A stretch of 64,000 nucleotides of DNA from a bacterium (GCA_963643715.1 CAVILQ010000003.1:3219-67218), one strand, 5' to 3'; positions 29,374 through 39,276 are shown, numbered from the stretch's first letter. The notes: generated from the letters alone by a model not told the origin. Numbers and translations are program-made.

Positions 29374-30929
29374 AAATGAAACGCGTCTTATTATTGCTTC
29401 CCGCCTTATTGCCTTTGGTTGGCTGCGATATCATCCCTGGATTTTCATCAGAAGATAAAAATACTGCTTCGGATACTAATAAACCTGTTTCTGATAAGGG
29501 TTCTGCTACGGAAAACAAGGATGAGTCCACTAATGTTGAAAAAGCAGAATTGATTACTGTCTTTGCTATCAACGACGTTCACGGATCTCTTAAAGAGAAT
29601 GCGGATGAAGGTGAATTAGGTCTTGCTAAATTGGAATATGCAATTAAGCATGACGCTGATTATGATCCTTCCACTAGCATCATCATATCGATTGGTGATT
29701 CCTGGCAGGGTGGCTATGTCGCCTATAAGGAAAAGACTTTGACGGATGAACTGCTTGCTGATTTTGGTATTGAGGCGATGTGCTTAGGGAACCACGAATT
29801 TGACTGGGGAATCGATACCATCAAGGATTTAAAAGCAAAAGCTTCCTTCCCGTTCTTAGCATGCAACATCAAGACTCCAAATGGTGCTCATACCAATGAA
29901 TTGTCTGACAACTCGACAATCATCACAAAAGGCAATGTCAAAGTCGGAATCATCGGTGTCATGGGAAGCGGACAGGAAAGCTCTATCGCTACTAGCTCCT
30001 TGGCTGGTTACTCTTTTGATAGCAGAACTAGCATCATAAAGGATGAAGTCGATTATCTTAACAACGAGGGCTGTGACCTAGTCATATTGGCAGCACATGA
30101 TTCATATACTGCAAGTTCAGGCTATGTCAATTCAATCGCCAACACTTTTGATACGACACAGATTCAAGGAATCTTCGGAGCTCATACACATACATTTGAG
30201 TCGACTGAGTTAGGTACGAACAAGATGCCTTTTGTCCAAGGCGGATGCAATACAAAAGGCTATGCGAAGATGTGTTTCTCCGTAAAAGGAAAGAAAGCAC
30301 TTCAACATTCTTATGTCAAAGCGTTTAATTCAGCAAACTACAATGTAGATACTTCTCTTCTCAATCAGAATATTGTCACGAAGGTTGAGGAAGCTGACTC
30401 GAAATACAATGGATCGGAAGAAATATGTCAGATGGTTGGCGATTTCAGAAGATATTATGAATTGAACAAATTCGTTCCTGAAATCATGTTGAAGCAAGCG
30501 ATTCAATACGGATTCAAATTCACGAATGAATTGATTGCACTGCACAACCTTGCTGGAATTCGTTCCAATATCTCTTCTGGAACATTGACACGAGAGAAAT
30601 TGTTCAAAGTAGAACCTTTCGAAAACAAAGTCAAAATCATCAAGAATGTTTCCGGATCAAAGCTTGCTTCCCTATTAGGAACGATTGAAGGAAACTATTC
30701 GTCATCCTACTATGCTTATATGCGAGAGTCTGAAGAATCCTTCTCAAGCAGTCTGACCTATGATGTAGTGACCATTGACTTCGTATCAGAAGGGACGTAT
30801 GGAAAGAAATGCTTTGGCAATGCTACACAGTACGATTTAAGAACAGAAAAGCCGTACATACTCGATGTGATGATCGATTATCTTGTATCATCTGAGAACA
30901 AAGTATATAACGCTACCGATTATCGTTAA
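29370..30929 (+). CDS. lipoprotein, bifunctional metallophosphatase / 5'-nucleotidase (UshA/YfkN-like)
   Basis: Lipobox LPLVGCDI; calcineurin-like motifs INDVHGSL, GDSWQGG, GNHEFDWG, C-terminal 5'-nucleotidase domain. Confidence 0.8.
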   Translation: MKMKRVLLLLPALLPLVGCDIIPGFSSEDKNTASDTNKPVSDKGSATENKDESTNVEKAELITVFAINDVHGSLKENADEGELGLAKLEYAIKHDADYDPSTSIIISIGDSWQGGYVAYKEKTLTDELLADFGIEAMCLGNHEFDWGIDTIKDLKAKASFPFLACNIKTPNGAHTNELSDNSTIITKGNVKVGIIGVMGSGQESSIATSSLAGYSFDSRTSIIKDEVDYLNNEGCDLVILAAHDSYTASSGYVNSIANTFDTTQIQGIFGAHTHTFESTELGTNKMPFVQGGCNTKGYAKMCFSVKGKKALQHSYVKAFNSANYNVDTSLLNQNIVTKVEEADSKYNGSEEICQMVGDFRRYYELNKFVPEIMLKQAIQYGFKFTNELIALHNLAGIRSNISSGTLTREKLFKVEPFENKVKIIKNVSGSKLASLLGTIEGNYSSSYYAYMRESEESFSSSLTYDVVTIDFVSEGTYGKKCFGNATQYDLRTEKPYILDVMIDYLVSSENKVYNATDYR

Positions 30930-30933
30930 ACGT

Positions 30934-30963
30934 AAAAAGCAGGGCTCAACCCTGCTTTTTGTC
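30934..30963. terminator. Bidirectional rho-independent terminator
   Basis: aaaagcagggctcaaccctgcttttt; serves + strand 5'-nucleotidase and - strand tal. Confidence 0.7.
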
Positions 30964-30976
30964 TACACTGGTTAAT

Positions 30977-31636
30977 TTACTTCTTCTCAAGACTTGCGGT
31001 CTTCAAGGCGTCTTTTCTGAATGATTCAAGACCTTTATCAGTCAAAGGATGCTCGATGAGTGATTTGAGAACCTTATAAGGAACCGTCGCGATATCAGCG
31101 CCGGAAAGAGCGCAGTTTATGACATGTGCTTTTGAACGGATCGAAGCGGAAATGATCTTGGTATCATAGCCGAAGTTTTCTTTCATTGTGACGATGTCTT
31201 TAATGAGTTTCATGCTATCCCAACCATTGTCATCAAGACGGCCTAAGAAGGGAGAAACATAGGTAGCGTGGTTTTCCATGGCAAGGAGTGCTTGAGCTGA
31301 GGAAAAACATAAAGTCACATTGGTTGGAATATGTTTATCGTAAAGTGCCTTGCAGGCCTGAAGACCAGGAATTGTCATGGGAAGTTTGATGACGATATGC
31401 TTCGGATCGATTGCATAAAGTTCTTCAGCCTGTTTCATCATTCCATCATAGTCTTCTGCTGTTACCTCAGCAGAGATAGGACCATCAATCAGTTTTGTAA
31501 TCTGCGTGATGACATCCTTCTGGGTAAGACCCTCTTTTGCGATGAGAGAGGGATTGGTTGTGACCCCTTTTACGAAGCCCCAAGTGGCAGCCTCTTTGAT
31601 TTCGTCGATATTAGCTGTATCAATAAATAAAATCAT
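30977..31636 (-). CDS. tal: transaldolase / fructose-6-phosphate aldolase family (short type)
   Basis: MILFIDTANIDEIKEAATWGFVKGVTTNPSLIAKEG..., Schiff-base Lys region IVIKLPMT; strong similarity to B. subtilis YwjH layout. Confidence 0.9.
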   Translation of the reverse strand: MILFIDTANIDEIKEAATWGFVKGVTTNPSLIAKEGLTQKDVITQITKLIDGPISAEVTAEDYDGMMKQAEELYAIDPKHIVIKLPMTIPGLQACKALYDKHIPTNVTLCFSSAQALLAMENHATYVSPFLGRLDDNGWDSMKLIKDIVTMKENFGYDTKIISASIRSKAHVINCALSGADIATVPYKVLKSLIEHPLTDKGLESFRKDALKTASLEKK

Positions 31637-31665
31637 ATTTGAATCCTTTCTTGATTGTCTGATGC

Positions 31666-32199
31666 TTATAGGATAGGAGCGGAAGTGTTACTTCCACGGA
31701 AGATGTTGAAGATTCCCATGCCGAGATAAGCGTTGTAGTGAGCAGCTTTCTTGTTGTATGTGTGATATGGGGAAGTCTTAGAGGAAGGGTCGAGGAAGAG
31801 CAGTTTCTCAAGTTTTTCATCGATGCTCTTATATTTCTCAACAATGTGTTTGTCGGTAAGATATTTGCGGATGTACATGATTAGGAAATCATTCTGATTC
31901 TTGATGGATGCGACATCGACGGGAACTTTGCTGAAGGAATCGTTGACAGTGTTTAGACAATCGATCATGTTCTTCGGCAAGAATCTTCCGTCGTCCTGCA
32001 TATGTTTGATGGAAGCATCGATTTCATCAAATCGACTCTTTTCATAAGGGATGATTTTCTCTAATTCGGAATACGCCTTTTTCTTTGCGCCTTTCATTAG
32101 GAAATGAACAATGGCTCCAGAAATGAAATAGAGGGCAATGACACCGACAATGACTACGACATAGATCCACCAGGTGTTGTTGTTTGTGTTACTTGGCAT
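31666..32199 (-). CDS. membrane-anchored hypothetical protein (single N-terminal TM)
   Basis: WWIYVVVIVGVIALYFISGAIVHFL TM; last gene before tal in a nudix-mazG-x-tal same-strand run; only weak LemA-like C-terminal resemblance. Confidence 0.45.
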   Translation of the reverse strand: MPSNTNNNTWWIYVVVIVGVIALYFISGAIVHFLMKGAKKKAYSELEKIIPYEKSRFDEIDASIKHMQDDGRFLPKNMIDCLNTVNDSFSKVPVDVASIKNQNDFLIMYIRKYLTDKHIVEKYKSIDEKLEKLLFLDPSSKTSPYHTYNKKAAHYNAYLGMGIFNIFRGSNTSAPIL

Positions 32200-32209
32200 A
32201 GATTACTCC

Positions 32210-32560
32210 TCAGTCTTTCTTCTCTTCATTTCTATGAATGCTGTCTTCCTTGTTGAAATGATTTCCGTGATATCTCTTGTGAAGTTTATCGAGATTGTAC
32301 TGAGCCACCTCTTCTAATGTGACATTCAGGCCGGAAGCAGTCTCTGCAATATACCAAAGGACATCGCCTAATTCTTCCATAAGATGCTCTTTGTTCAGCT
32401 CATGACCTTGGAATCGAGTCTTCTTGACGATGTCACAGCATTCGCCGCTTTCACCGGCTAAGCCGAGCACCCCGTTGAGAACCATATCCTTTTTGCCGTC
32501 TTCACTGATCAGGTCATAGGCCTCTTTCTGATATTCGTTGAAATTGATTTTGTCGCTCAT
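32210..32560 (-). CDS. MazG-like nucleotide pyrophosphohydrolase (small all-alpha NTP-PPase)
   Basis: EELGDVLWYI motif (MazG EExGDxL), 116 aa. Confidence 0.75.
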   Translation of the reverse strand: MSDKINFNEYQKEAYDLISEDGKKDMVLNGVLGLAGESGECCDIVKKTRFQGHELNKEHLMEELGDVLWYIAETASGLNVTLEEVAQYNLDKLHKRYHGNHFNKEDSIHRNEEKKD

Positions 32561-32574
32561 TCTGTCTGTCCTTT

Positions 32575-33051
32575 CTAATCGACTACGATTGTGTAGTCAT
32601 GATTCATGTATTTTTCTAAGATTCTTTTTGTTCCGCGAAGATATTCATTGTCTTCCGGAAGAGAATCCAGTGGATAGAATCCGATGGAATCGGATTCTTT
32701 GTCATGTGGATCGATATTTTCTTCGCTATTTATTTTATCATAGAAGATGAGGTCAACATAATGGGTGATATCTCCATTCGGATAATAGAAAATCTCTTTT
32801 TCGCCCGATAGGATCATCAGTAATTTTGGATTGCTCAGATTGATACCGGTCTCTTCATAGATTTCCCTCTTTAAAGCATCTAGAACAGTCTCGTTTAATT
32901 CGATTGCACCACCGGGAAGACAATACATCCCATTGTCATGGCGCTTCTCTAAAAGGATTTCTCCTTTATCATTTTCGACAATGGCACAGACGCCTACAGA
33001 GAGGAGATGATCGTGACCAATGATTTTTCTCATCGATTGAATGTAGTCCAT
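32575..33051 (-). CDS. NUDIX hydrolase
   Basis: Nudix box GGAIELNETVLDALKREIYEETGI (GX5EX7REUXEEXGU). Confidence 0.85.
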   Translation of the reverse strand: MDYIQSMRKIIGHDHLLSVGVCAIVENDKGEILLEKRHDNGMYCLPGGAIELNETVLDALKREIYEETGINLSNPKLLMILSGEKEIFYYPNGDITHYVDLIFYDKINSEENIDPHDKESDSIGFYPLDSLPEDNEYLRGTKRILEKYMNHDYTIVVD

Positions 33052-33102
33052 ATAGAATTGTGTCTCCTATTCGAGTATCATTATAGCGAGATTTGAAACA
33101 AC

Positions 33103-33372
33103 ATGGTACAAAATGACAAGATAAATCAAGAAAAGGCGATGTCATATTTGAAAGCTGGATATCACCTAGTAAGCATCATCGGGAAAAGAGAAGTCAGATT
33201 CTCCTATAGTCAAGGTAAGATACTTGTGTTTGGAGAAGAGCATTTCTTATCACTTAATGAGTATTCCTTCAAAGAAATTTATCATGATTGTCTTTTCCAG
33301 TTGGATACAGAAAACGAGGAAGAGACAGTCGATATGAAGAAAGATGAAGAGTATTACTCATGGAAGCAATAA
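33103..33372 (+). CDS. hypothetical small protein (89 aa)
   Basis: ORF only; may start at internal MSYLK; divergent from nudix operon. Confidence 0.3.
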   Translation: MVQNDKINQEKAMSYLKAGYHLVSIIGKREVRFSYSQGKILVFGEEHFLSLNEYSFKEIYHDCLFQLDTENEEETVDMKKDEEYYSWKQ

Positions 33373-33439
33373 AAACACTTGAAAAAATTGGATTTTTCGC
33401 TATAATTATCTAGCATTATATCAGTGAGGTATATTTACT

Positions 33440-33586
33440 ATGGGAAAGAAAAGATTTGAAGCCAGAGGCTTTGCAGATGAATGGGCCGTTAGAAGAAAAA
33501 AGAGATTAGCCAAGGAACAGAAGTCCGAAGCTAAGAATAAGGCTGCAAAGAAAGCCGCTAAGGCTGCTGCTTTGGAAGCAAAATAA
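33440..33586 (+). CDS. small Lys/Ala-rich basic protein (48 aa), not in supplied ORF track
   Basis: ATG 9 nt after GTGAGGT RBS; MGKKRFEARGFADEWAVRRKKRLAKEQKSEAKNKAAKKAAKAAALEAK; followed by terminator. Confidence 0.4.
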   Translation: MGKKRFEARGFADEWAVRRKKRLAKEQKSEAKNKAAKKAAKAAALEAK

Positions 33587-33608
33587 TCATCTGAAATCGA
33601 TTAAGAAT

Positions 33609-33641
33609 CTGCTATCCGAAAGGGTAGCTTTTTCTTTTTCT
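33609..33641 (+). terminator. Rho-independent terminator (GAAA tetraloop hairpin + T-run)
   Basis: gctatcc-gaaa-gggtagc followed by TTTTTCTTTTTC. Confidence 0.5.
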
Positions 33642-33654
33642 GAAATAGGACATG

Positions 33655-33693
33655 AAAAAACCGGAAGACGAATGCCTTCCGGTTTTGTTGTTT
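33655..33693. terminator. Bidirectional terminator
   Basis: aaaaaa-ccggaag-acgaatgc-cttccgg-ttttgttgttttt; immediately after stop of the 1332-aa minus-strand gene. Confidence 0.65.
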
Positions 33694-36600
33694 TTAGATT
33701 ACGCCGAAGAAATAGTTCTTTGTAGAATCAGAATAACTGAGAGTCAGCTTAGCTCCGTTATCCTGAACGGATCCGCCATTGATGAAGCCAAGGAAGTTTT
33801 TGGTGAACGTGTAGTCGACGAATTGGTAGTCAGCTAAGTTGACATAATCGCTGTTGCTATTATAGGCATTTAAGAAGGTGTTGTATCTAGCCATCTTCTC
33901 GTCGCGGATAGCATCTTCTGCATCACCGAGACAGATGTTGTTTCTTGTCGCGTTGAAGGTTAGAGTTCCATCCATAATGCCAGCAATAGAGAATTTGACT
34001 GACATATTGAGATTAGCCAGTTCCATGTCGGAATTATATCCGATGCTGATGTTGGTTCCCTGATCAGAGAAGCTGAGAACAGGAAGAGAAATCACCTTTC
34101 CTAATGAACAGGTCAGGTTCATTGATCCACTTCCGTCTTCATTTTCATTTAGTACAGCTTTATCGATGAGAGAGGAGTAGTTGTGGTTGATGACAACAGA
34201 GGAATCATCGCTGGTGCTCTTCGTAGCTTCAAGGACTTTCTGAAGCGTGATATAGCCAGCCTTGACACCAATAGCAGTAACGCTTTCGATGTTGAGGATG
34301 TAGCTTAAGAGGTAGTAAGCGATATTGTCAGTGATTTCCTTAGGAGTGAGTTTGTATAGCTCGACTTTCTTGTTTTTCTTGCTGTCGGTTGTGGTTCTTT
34401 CAGAGAGAACGAATTCGTTCTCGACGAAGAATTCAACACCATAGAAGTTTGCGCTATCGATTGTTGCGGAAGAGTTGCTCTTAAAGGAGAGATATGCTTT
34501 GACAGTGGAATCAACAATAGAGACATAGACCTGATAGTAAGTGTTCATTGTGATGGCATTGATACCGATAACGGATGCATTAAGATTCATGCTTCCGCTT
34601 AAATCAAAGAAGTGGTGGTTGGTAGTTGTGATACCGCAGTTGATTAAAGTATCGAAACCGTGAACATCGACAAAGTTAGCTTTTGTGCTATCGTTGTATT
34701 CGATAGTTGGTTTTAAACTAGCGTCATATTCGCCTAGATTGATTTCAGCATGTAAAGAATAACCATCGTAGTATCCGTCAATCTCTGCTTTGCTGATTTT
34801 ATAGTTGTCATCGAATGTGACAATGATCGTATCGACATTGTCAGAAGTGTCATTGCTGTTCAATATAGAGGAAGCGAGTTTCAATGTGACAGTCTTATCA
34901 TTGATTTCAACCAGTTTGATGTAGTCGTTTAAGAGGATGGTGTAGTCTTTGTTTTTGAAAGCGTCAAGGATAGGAAGACCAGTGACTACTTTTTCAGTTG
35001 TATCGAAGTAGGCTTTAAGATAACGATAGAGAAGGTTTGTCTTATTGTCTTTCAAGGAGGTGACTCTATCGTAGATGGAGAAGAGGTCGGAGTTGTTCAT
35101 GACAAGACTTGTCGTACCGGAGTCATTGTTGCTATCTGTATCCTTAGAAGTATACATGGCAACGGTCTGTCCGGCAGTATGAGTACCTGAGTAGAGATAA
35201 TCAATCTTATGATCCGTCTCCTTTTCATAGCTATCAGGCTGCTGTAAGAGATGGAGTGTACCACCGACATCCGGGCTATCTTTATCTGTGATATCGACCT
35301 GAGCATCACCATAGATACCGAGATAGGATTGATACTGTTCGGTATCATCCTTCTTCTTGATTTCACCGTTTAAGTTAACGGAGAATTGTTTCAAATCGGT
35401 TGGAAGTGAATAGAATCCATTGATGATCTTGCTGGCAGAATCGATTTCGGTATAGTACTTTGTCTCTTCATCTGACAGATGGAAGTCTTTGTATTCATCC
35501 TGAAGTTTCAATGTGAAGTCTAATTTTAGCTTGTTGTTGATTTCAAATCCTTTGCAGGAAATAGCGGTGATGGAGTCGTCGTCGGTGTTGACATAGAGGG
35601 AAAGGCTAGAAATTTCATCAGCAAGGGTGGAACCTGCAAAGAACAAAGGAAGATTGATATCGAGTTTCAAGACATTGGAATCAACATTGTCTTTGTCCAA
35701 TGAGAGATAGTCTTCGATGCATTTAATGGAATAACTTCCTTTGATTTCATCAATGATGGAGTGAATGACCGTATTCATACTGTCAAAGGCCTGGGAAGTA
35801 TTCTCTTTATCTTTGTTTACGATATCGTAGATGTTGCCGACTTCACTATCAGACATCTTCTGCTTGAAGAAGTTATCCATCTGCAAGTATAAATCATGGT
35901 TCTGGTAGACAAAGTCAAGATTATGGTCATATCCATTGAGATTGGTGGCTAATGTCAAACGATAGTCGCCATAATAATTGTTTCCGGTATCGAGTGAAAG
36001 AGATGTGACATCAGCTGAGATTTCGCCGTTAGCAAGATAGTTGCTTCCTTCGGCGATATTCTGAAGATTGAATGAATAGGTCGTATTGATCTTACGTTCA
36101 TCAGCAAGCTTTGTCACAGTGTTGAATATGGAGATGATACCGCAATAGTCTTTGAAGGAAGCGAATTCAGCATCGGTGTACTGGAAGGAAATGTTATCCT
36201 GTGGCTTGACATCGATAGTGAAATCAAGATTGATGTTTCTATAGGAGAAGTTCTCGATCGTGATCTTGAATCCTTCAGACACATCAGTAGAAGAGTTGTC
36301 TAAAGTGATTTTCAAAATATAATCGCCTAAGCCAAATGCTTTTGCGTTGATGGAAAGAGCAAAACCATTTGTCGTGGTCTGGAAATCGGCAATGAAGTTC
36401 TTATACACAGACAAATCACCAGATAACAGCTTTGCAAAGTCCGTTCCTTCGATGATGCTATTAAGGCTCTTTGTAACATCCGGAAGATCCTCAGTATTGA
36501 TTTCAGAGGAGATGACACGAATGATGTCATCTAATGTAGAAGAAGAGATTTTACCTTTGATGAGATTGTTCAGTGCAACATAGATGTTGTTGTCCTTGTA

Positions 36601-37692
36601 AGAAGCATAGACATTGTTTGCAAGTGTTCCATTATTTAAATGTTCCAAGGAAACTTCGTATTTTCCTTTTGAGACATCCTCTGTAATAGTTGATAAGTCG
36701 CTCTTTAATGTACCACGGAACGTCTGCTTCTGAATCGAATTGTCAGAGACGCTGACATCAGCATTGAAATCGGCAACGAAGTTCTTCTTTTCCATCAAGG
36801 ATGCGATGGAAGTGATGAGATTTGTCGTGCGTGTTGTATAGTCGGTATAGTGGGATTTTTGTTCATCTGTGAGTCCGTTATAGGAAGAAGCATCCTCAAT
36901 CTTGATACTGTTTACATCGAGCTTGATTCCATAGGAAGAATTGATCTCAATACCGGAATCTTCGACTGTTCTTCCGCCGATGAAGTTGTAATCGTTGTCC
37001 GCAACTAAAGCGAGTTTTGCACCTTTGATAGAGATAGGAAGATTCAAGGATGAAATGAAATCGTTGCAGTCAAGAATGTATTCATATCCTGTAGCAGTCT
37101 TCTTTTCTTCGACGGTGTCAAGAATGCCTAGAGCGCCATTCATCAAGGATGAAAGATCGAATGAACTTCCTAAATCAGGAATGGTAGGCACATTGATGTT
37201 CAATTTTGAGAGAACACCAGTGATACCGGCAATCGTTTTTGGAGCAGAGAACGAGAAAGATTTCTGATTGTAGTCGATATAGAGCATATCCGTATCGTAA
37301 TAAACGGATAATTCCTCATTAATATCCTTGTATTTGACATTCAATGTTCCGTTCAGCTTAAGCGAAGAGATATCGCCACTCAAAGCACCACTTAAATCGA
37401 TATCTAGATTACTGAAGTTCAGATAGATGTCATCGCTTTCGGTAGTAGATAAGGTGATGTCAGCGTTGTCCGCTTTGACTTCCTGCACCTTCATCAACTT
37501 GTTGATCATCTTCGAGAAGCCGGTTTCCTCAATCGGAGGATTGTAGATACTATCATCCTCGTCGTCATTAGAAGTATCGGTAGTATCTGTCTTAGCAGTA
37601 GTTCTAGTAAGCTTTTGATAAAGGTAAGATCCAGCACCAGATATGCTTAGAGTCAGCACGCTGATAAGAGGATATAAAATGATATGTTTCAT
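33694..37692 (-). CDS. giant (1332 aa) membrane-anchored extracytoplasmic protein, N/S/T/D-rich, beta-rich, function unknown
   Basis: N-terminal TM MKHIILYPLISVLTLSISGAGSYLY, no lipobox, no catalytic motif; 15 nt downstream of 370-aa partner gene; own bidirectional terminator. Confidence 0.6.
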   Translation of the reverse strand: MKHIILYPLISVLTLSISGAGSYLYQKLTRTTAKTDTTDTSNDDEDDSIYNPPIEETGFSKMINKLMKVQEVKADNADITLSTTESDDIYLNFSNLDIDLSGALSGDISSLKLNGTLNVKYKDINEELSVYYDTDMLYIDYNQKSFSFSAPKTIAGITGVLSKLNINVPTIPDLGSSFDLSSLMNGALGILDTVEEKKTATGYEYILDCNDFISSLNLPISIKGAKLALVADNDYNFIGGRTVEDSGIEINSSYGIKLDVNSIKIEDASSYNGLTDEQKSHYTDYTTRTTNLITSIASLMEKKNFVADFNADVSVSDNSIQKQTFRGTLKSDLSTITEDVSKGKYEVSLEHLNNGTLANNVYASYKDNNIYVALNNLIKGKISSSTLDDIIRVISSEINTEDLPDVTKSLNSIIEGTDFAKLLSGDLSVYKNFIADFQTTTNGFALSINAKAFGLGDYILKITLDNSSTDVSEGFKITIENFSYRNINLDFTIDVKPQDNISFQYTDAEFASFKDYCGIISIFNTVTKLADERKINTTYSFNLQNIAEGSNYLANGEISADVTSLSLDTGNNYYGDYRLTLATNLNGYDHNLDFVYQNHDLYLQMDNFFKQKMSDSEVGNIYDIVNKDKENTSQAFDSMNTVIHSIIDEIKGSYSIKCIEDYLSLDKDNVDSNVLKLDINLPLFFAGSTLADEISSLSLYVNTDDDSITAISCKGFEINNKLKLDFTLKLQDEYKDFHLSDEETKYYTEIDSASKIINGFYSLPTDLKQFSVNLNGEIKKKDDTEQYQSYLGIYGDAQVDITDKDSPDVGGTLHLLQQPDSYEKETDHKIDYLYSGTHTAGQTVAMYTSKDTDSNNDSGTTSLVMNNSDLFSIYDRVTSLKDNKTNLLYRYLKAYFDTTEKVVTGLPILDAFKNKDYTILLNDYIKLVEINDKTVTLKLASSILNSNDTSDNVDTIIVTFDDNYKISKAEIDGYYDGYSLHAEINLGEYDASLKPTIEYNDSTKANFVDVHGFDTLINCGITTTNHHFFDLSGSMNLNASVIGINAITMNTYYQVYVSIVDSTVKAYLSFKSNSSATIDSANFYGVEFFVENEFVLSERTTTDSKKNKKVELYKLTPKEITDNIAYYLLSYILNIESVTAIGVKAGYITLQKVLEATKSTSDDSSVVINHNYSSLIDKAVLNENEDGSGSMNLTCSLGKVISLPVLSFSDQGTNISIGYNSDMELANLNMSVKFSIAGIMDGTLTFNATRNNICLGDAEDAIRDEKMARYNTFLNAYNSNSDYVNLADYQFVDYTFTKNFLGFINGGSVQDNGAKLTLSYSDSTKNYFFGVI

Positions 37693-37707
37693 TAATCATT
37701 CTCCTTT

Positions 37708-38820
37708 CTAAATATTCATCAATTCGTACCCATTGAATTCTTCTGTGATTTCGGGAACGACAACATTTACGGATTTTCCATCGTTTTCAATTGTGTTTGT
37801 AGAGCTTGTCAAATAAATCTGATTGAGGTCAGAAATGGCGTTTGTGACTAGACCACCAGTGTTAACACGGTATTCATCATGGAAGACAGAAGATACAAGT
37901 TTCAGTTCACTGTTCAAGTCAAAAGTAAGTTTACAACTTGAAAATTGTGGACGAGATTTTAGCCTACCTGTTGTTTTCATCTGAACTTGGACATAGGAGA
38001 CGGCATAGCCGACATTCAGATCTAATTCGACATGGTACCCGGTGTCTGTCTTACTGATGGTGGATTTGCTGACAGACTTATTTGTCAAAGAGTAACCGAT
38101 GACACCACTTCTTTTATGTTTGCTTTCTTCAGTGGATGAATCATATTCATCTTTATTTAAAGTCAAGAATTTTTCTGGGATTGGTTCATCATCAGAGACG
38201 TCACTCTTATCGATACAATAGTATGTTCCATGCAATAACTTTCCAAAAGATTGGATGTATTGGTCATAGGTGTAGTTCTTTGATTCCAATCCATCTTTTT
38301 TCCATTCATCTTCGGTTTTGCATTCATATGCCTTGACGTTATTATCGTTGGTATCATAATAACGATCGGCCGTGTTGACGATGGAAGAAGATGAAACCTT
38401 CTGGTTGAAGACACCTTCCGGATAGCTATATGTTGTGCTGAGAATTGATTGCTTTACACCAGCGGCAGCCTGAACAACACCTTTTCCAAGCGTTAAGGTG
38501 TAGGAGGTGTCTGCATATAAGTCACATGCATAATTGATCAATATATAGGAGTCCTCACTAAAATCTTCTGCGATAGTTCCCGCGGACAATGAGTTCTCGA
38601 TTTTTGTTTTGTCGTATGACTTATCCTTTTCGATGACGATGGCGTCTTGTTCAGGATTGATATTGTTATATAAGACATATCCACCGATTACACCAACACT
38701 AGCAGAGATGATGCTGATGATTGTTGAAATTATGATAGTAGACTTTTTTGTCTTTTTCTTTGTTCCGGTGGAATTGTTATCTTTATCTGTTGAATTTGAT
38801 TTTTCTTTGTTTCTTTTCAT
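37708..38820 (-). CDS. membrane-anchored protein (K-rich cytoplasmic N-tail + TM + extracytoplasmic domain), unknown function
   Basis: KKKTKKSTIIISTIISIISASVGVIGGYVLY TM anchor; co-oriented and near-contiguous with the giant gene. Confidence 0.6.
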   Translation of the reverse strand: MKRNKEKSNSTDKDNNSTGTKKKTKKSTIIISTIISIISASVGVIGGYVLYNNINPEQDAIVIEKDKSYDKTKIENSLSAGTIAEDFSEDSYILINYACDLYADTSYTLTLGKGVVQAAAGVKQSILSTTYSYPEGVFNQKVSSSSIVNTADRYYDTNDNNVKAYECKTEDEWKKDGLESKNYTYDQYIQSFGKLLHGTYYCIDKSDVSDDEPIPEKFLTLNKDEYDSSTEESKHKRSGVIGYSLTNKSVSKSTISKTDTGYHVELDLNVGYAVSYVQVQMKTTGRLKSRPQFSSCKLTFDLNSELKLVSSVFHDEYRVNTGGLVTNAISDLNQIYLTSSTNTIENDGKSVNVVVPEITEEFNGYELMNI

Positions 38821-38915
38821 AATACCTTAAAACATAGCATAGATCATAAGAAAACACATGCTATATAGGTATAATATCTTCTTTCAACAAAATGGTCAAT
38901 TGTTATTCAAAAAAA

Positions 38916-39275
38916 CTATTTATCGGATTCCATCAAGATACGCATACGTTCTTCGTATCTTCTTCTCTTGTTTTCTTCCTGGATTGTCTTGTTTGTATAA
39001 TAAAAGATGACAATGAGAAGACCAATCATAGCGATGATCATAGCAAAGGTTCCCCAAAGTCTGAAGTCCATGACACCACTCATATGAAAGAAAGTGGCAA
39101 AGGATTTCTGAAGAGCATAAAGAGGATTTGTATTCAACTTTCCGATGTTATAGGCGCAGACACCGAGAATAGCAAAAACAAGGCCGGTGACCCAAATGGC
39201 ACCGAGGATGCTATACCAAACGATTTCGCCTGTGAATAATTTTCTCGGTTTCTTATTTTCTTTTGTATCTTTCAT
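38916..39275 (-). CDS. small membrane protein (2-3 TM), unknown function
   Basis: TMs IVWYSILGAIWVTGLVFAILGVCAY and GTFAMIIAMIGLLIVIFYY; AAGGGAG RBS overlapping upstream gene end. Confidence 0.55.
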   Translation of the reverse strand: MKDTKENKKPRKLFTGEIVWYSILGAIWVTGLVFAILGVCAYNIGKLNTNPLYALQKSFATFFHMSGVMDFRLWGTFAMIIAMIGLLIVIFYYTNKTIQEENKRRRYEERMRILMESDK

Positions 39276-39276
39276 A

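Noticed and set aside
31666-32199. Possible LemA-family assignment for the 177-aa membrane protein
   Set aside because: Only a weak C-terminal YN..A..YN resemblance. The LemA core (WSQ..QLKRR.DLIPNLV) is not present, so it is left as hypothetical.
38892-39239. 115-aa + strand ORF antisense to the small membrane protein gene
   Set aside because: Same antisense-artefact composition. The minus-strand ORF has clear TM helices and a coupled RBS.
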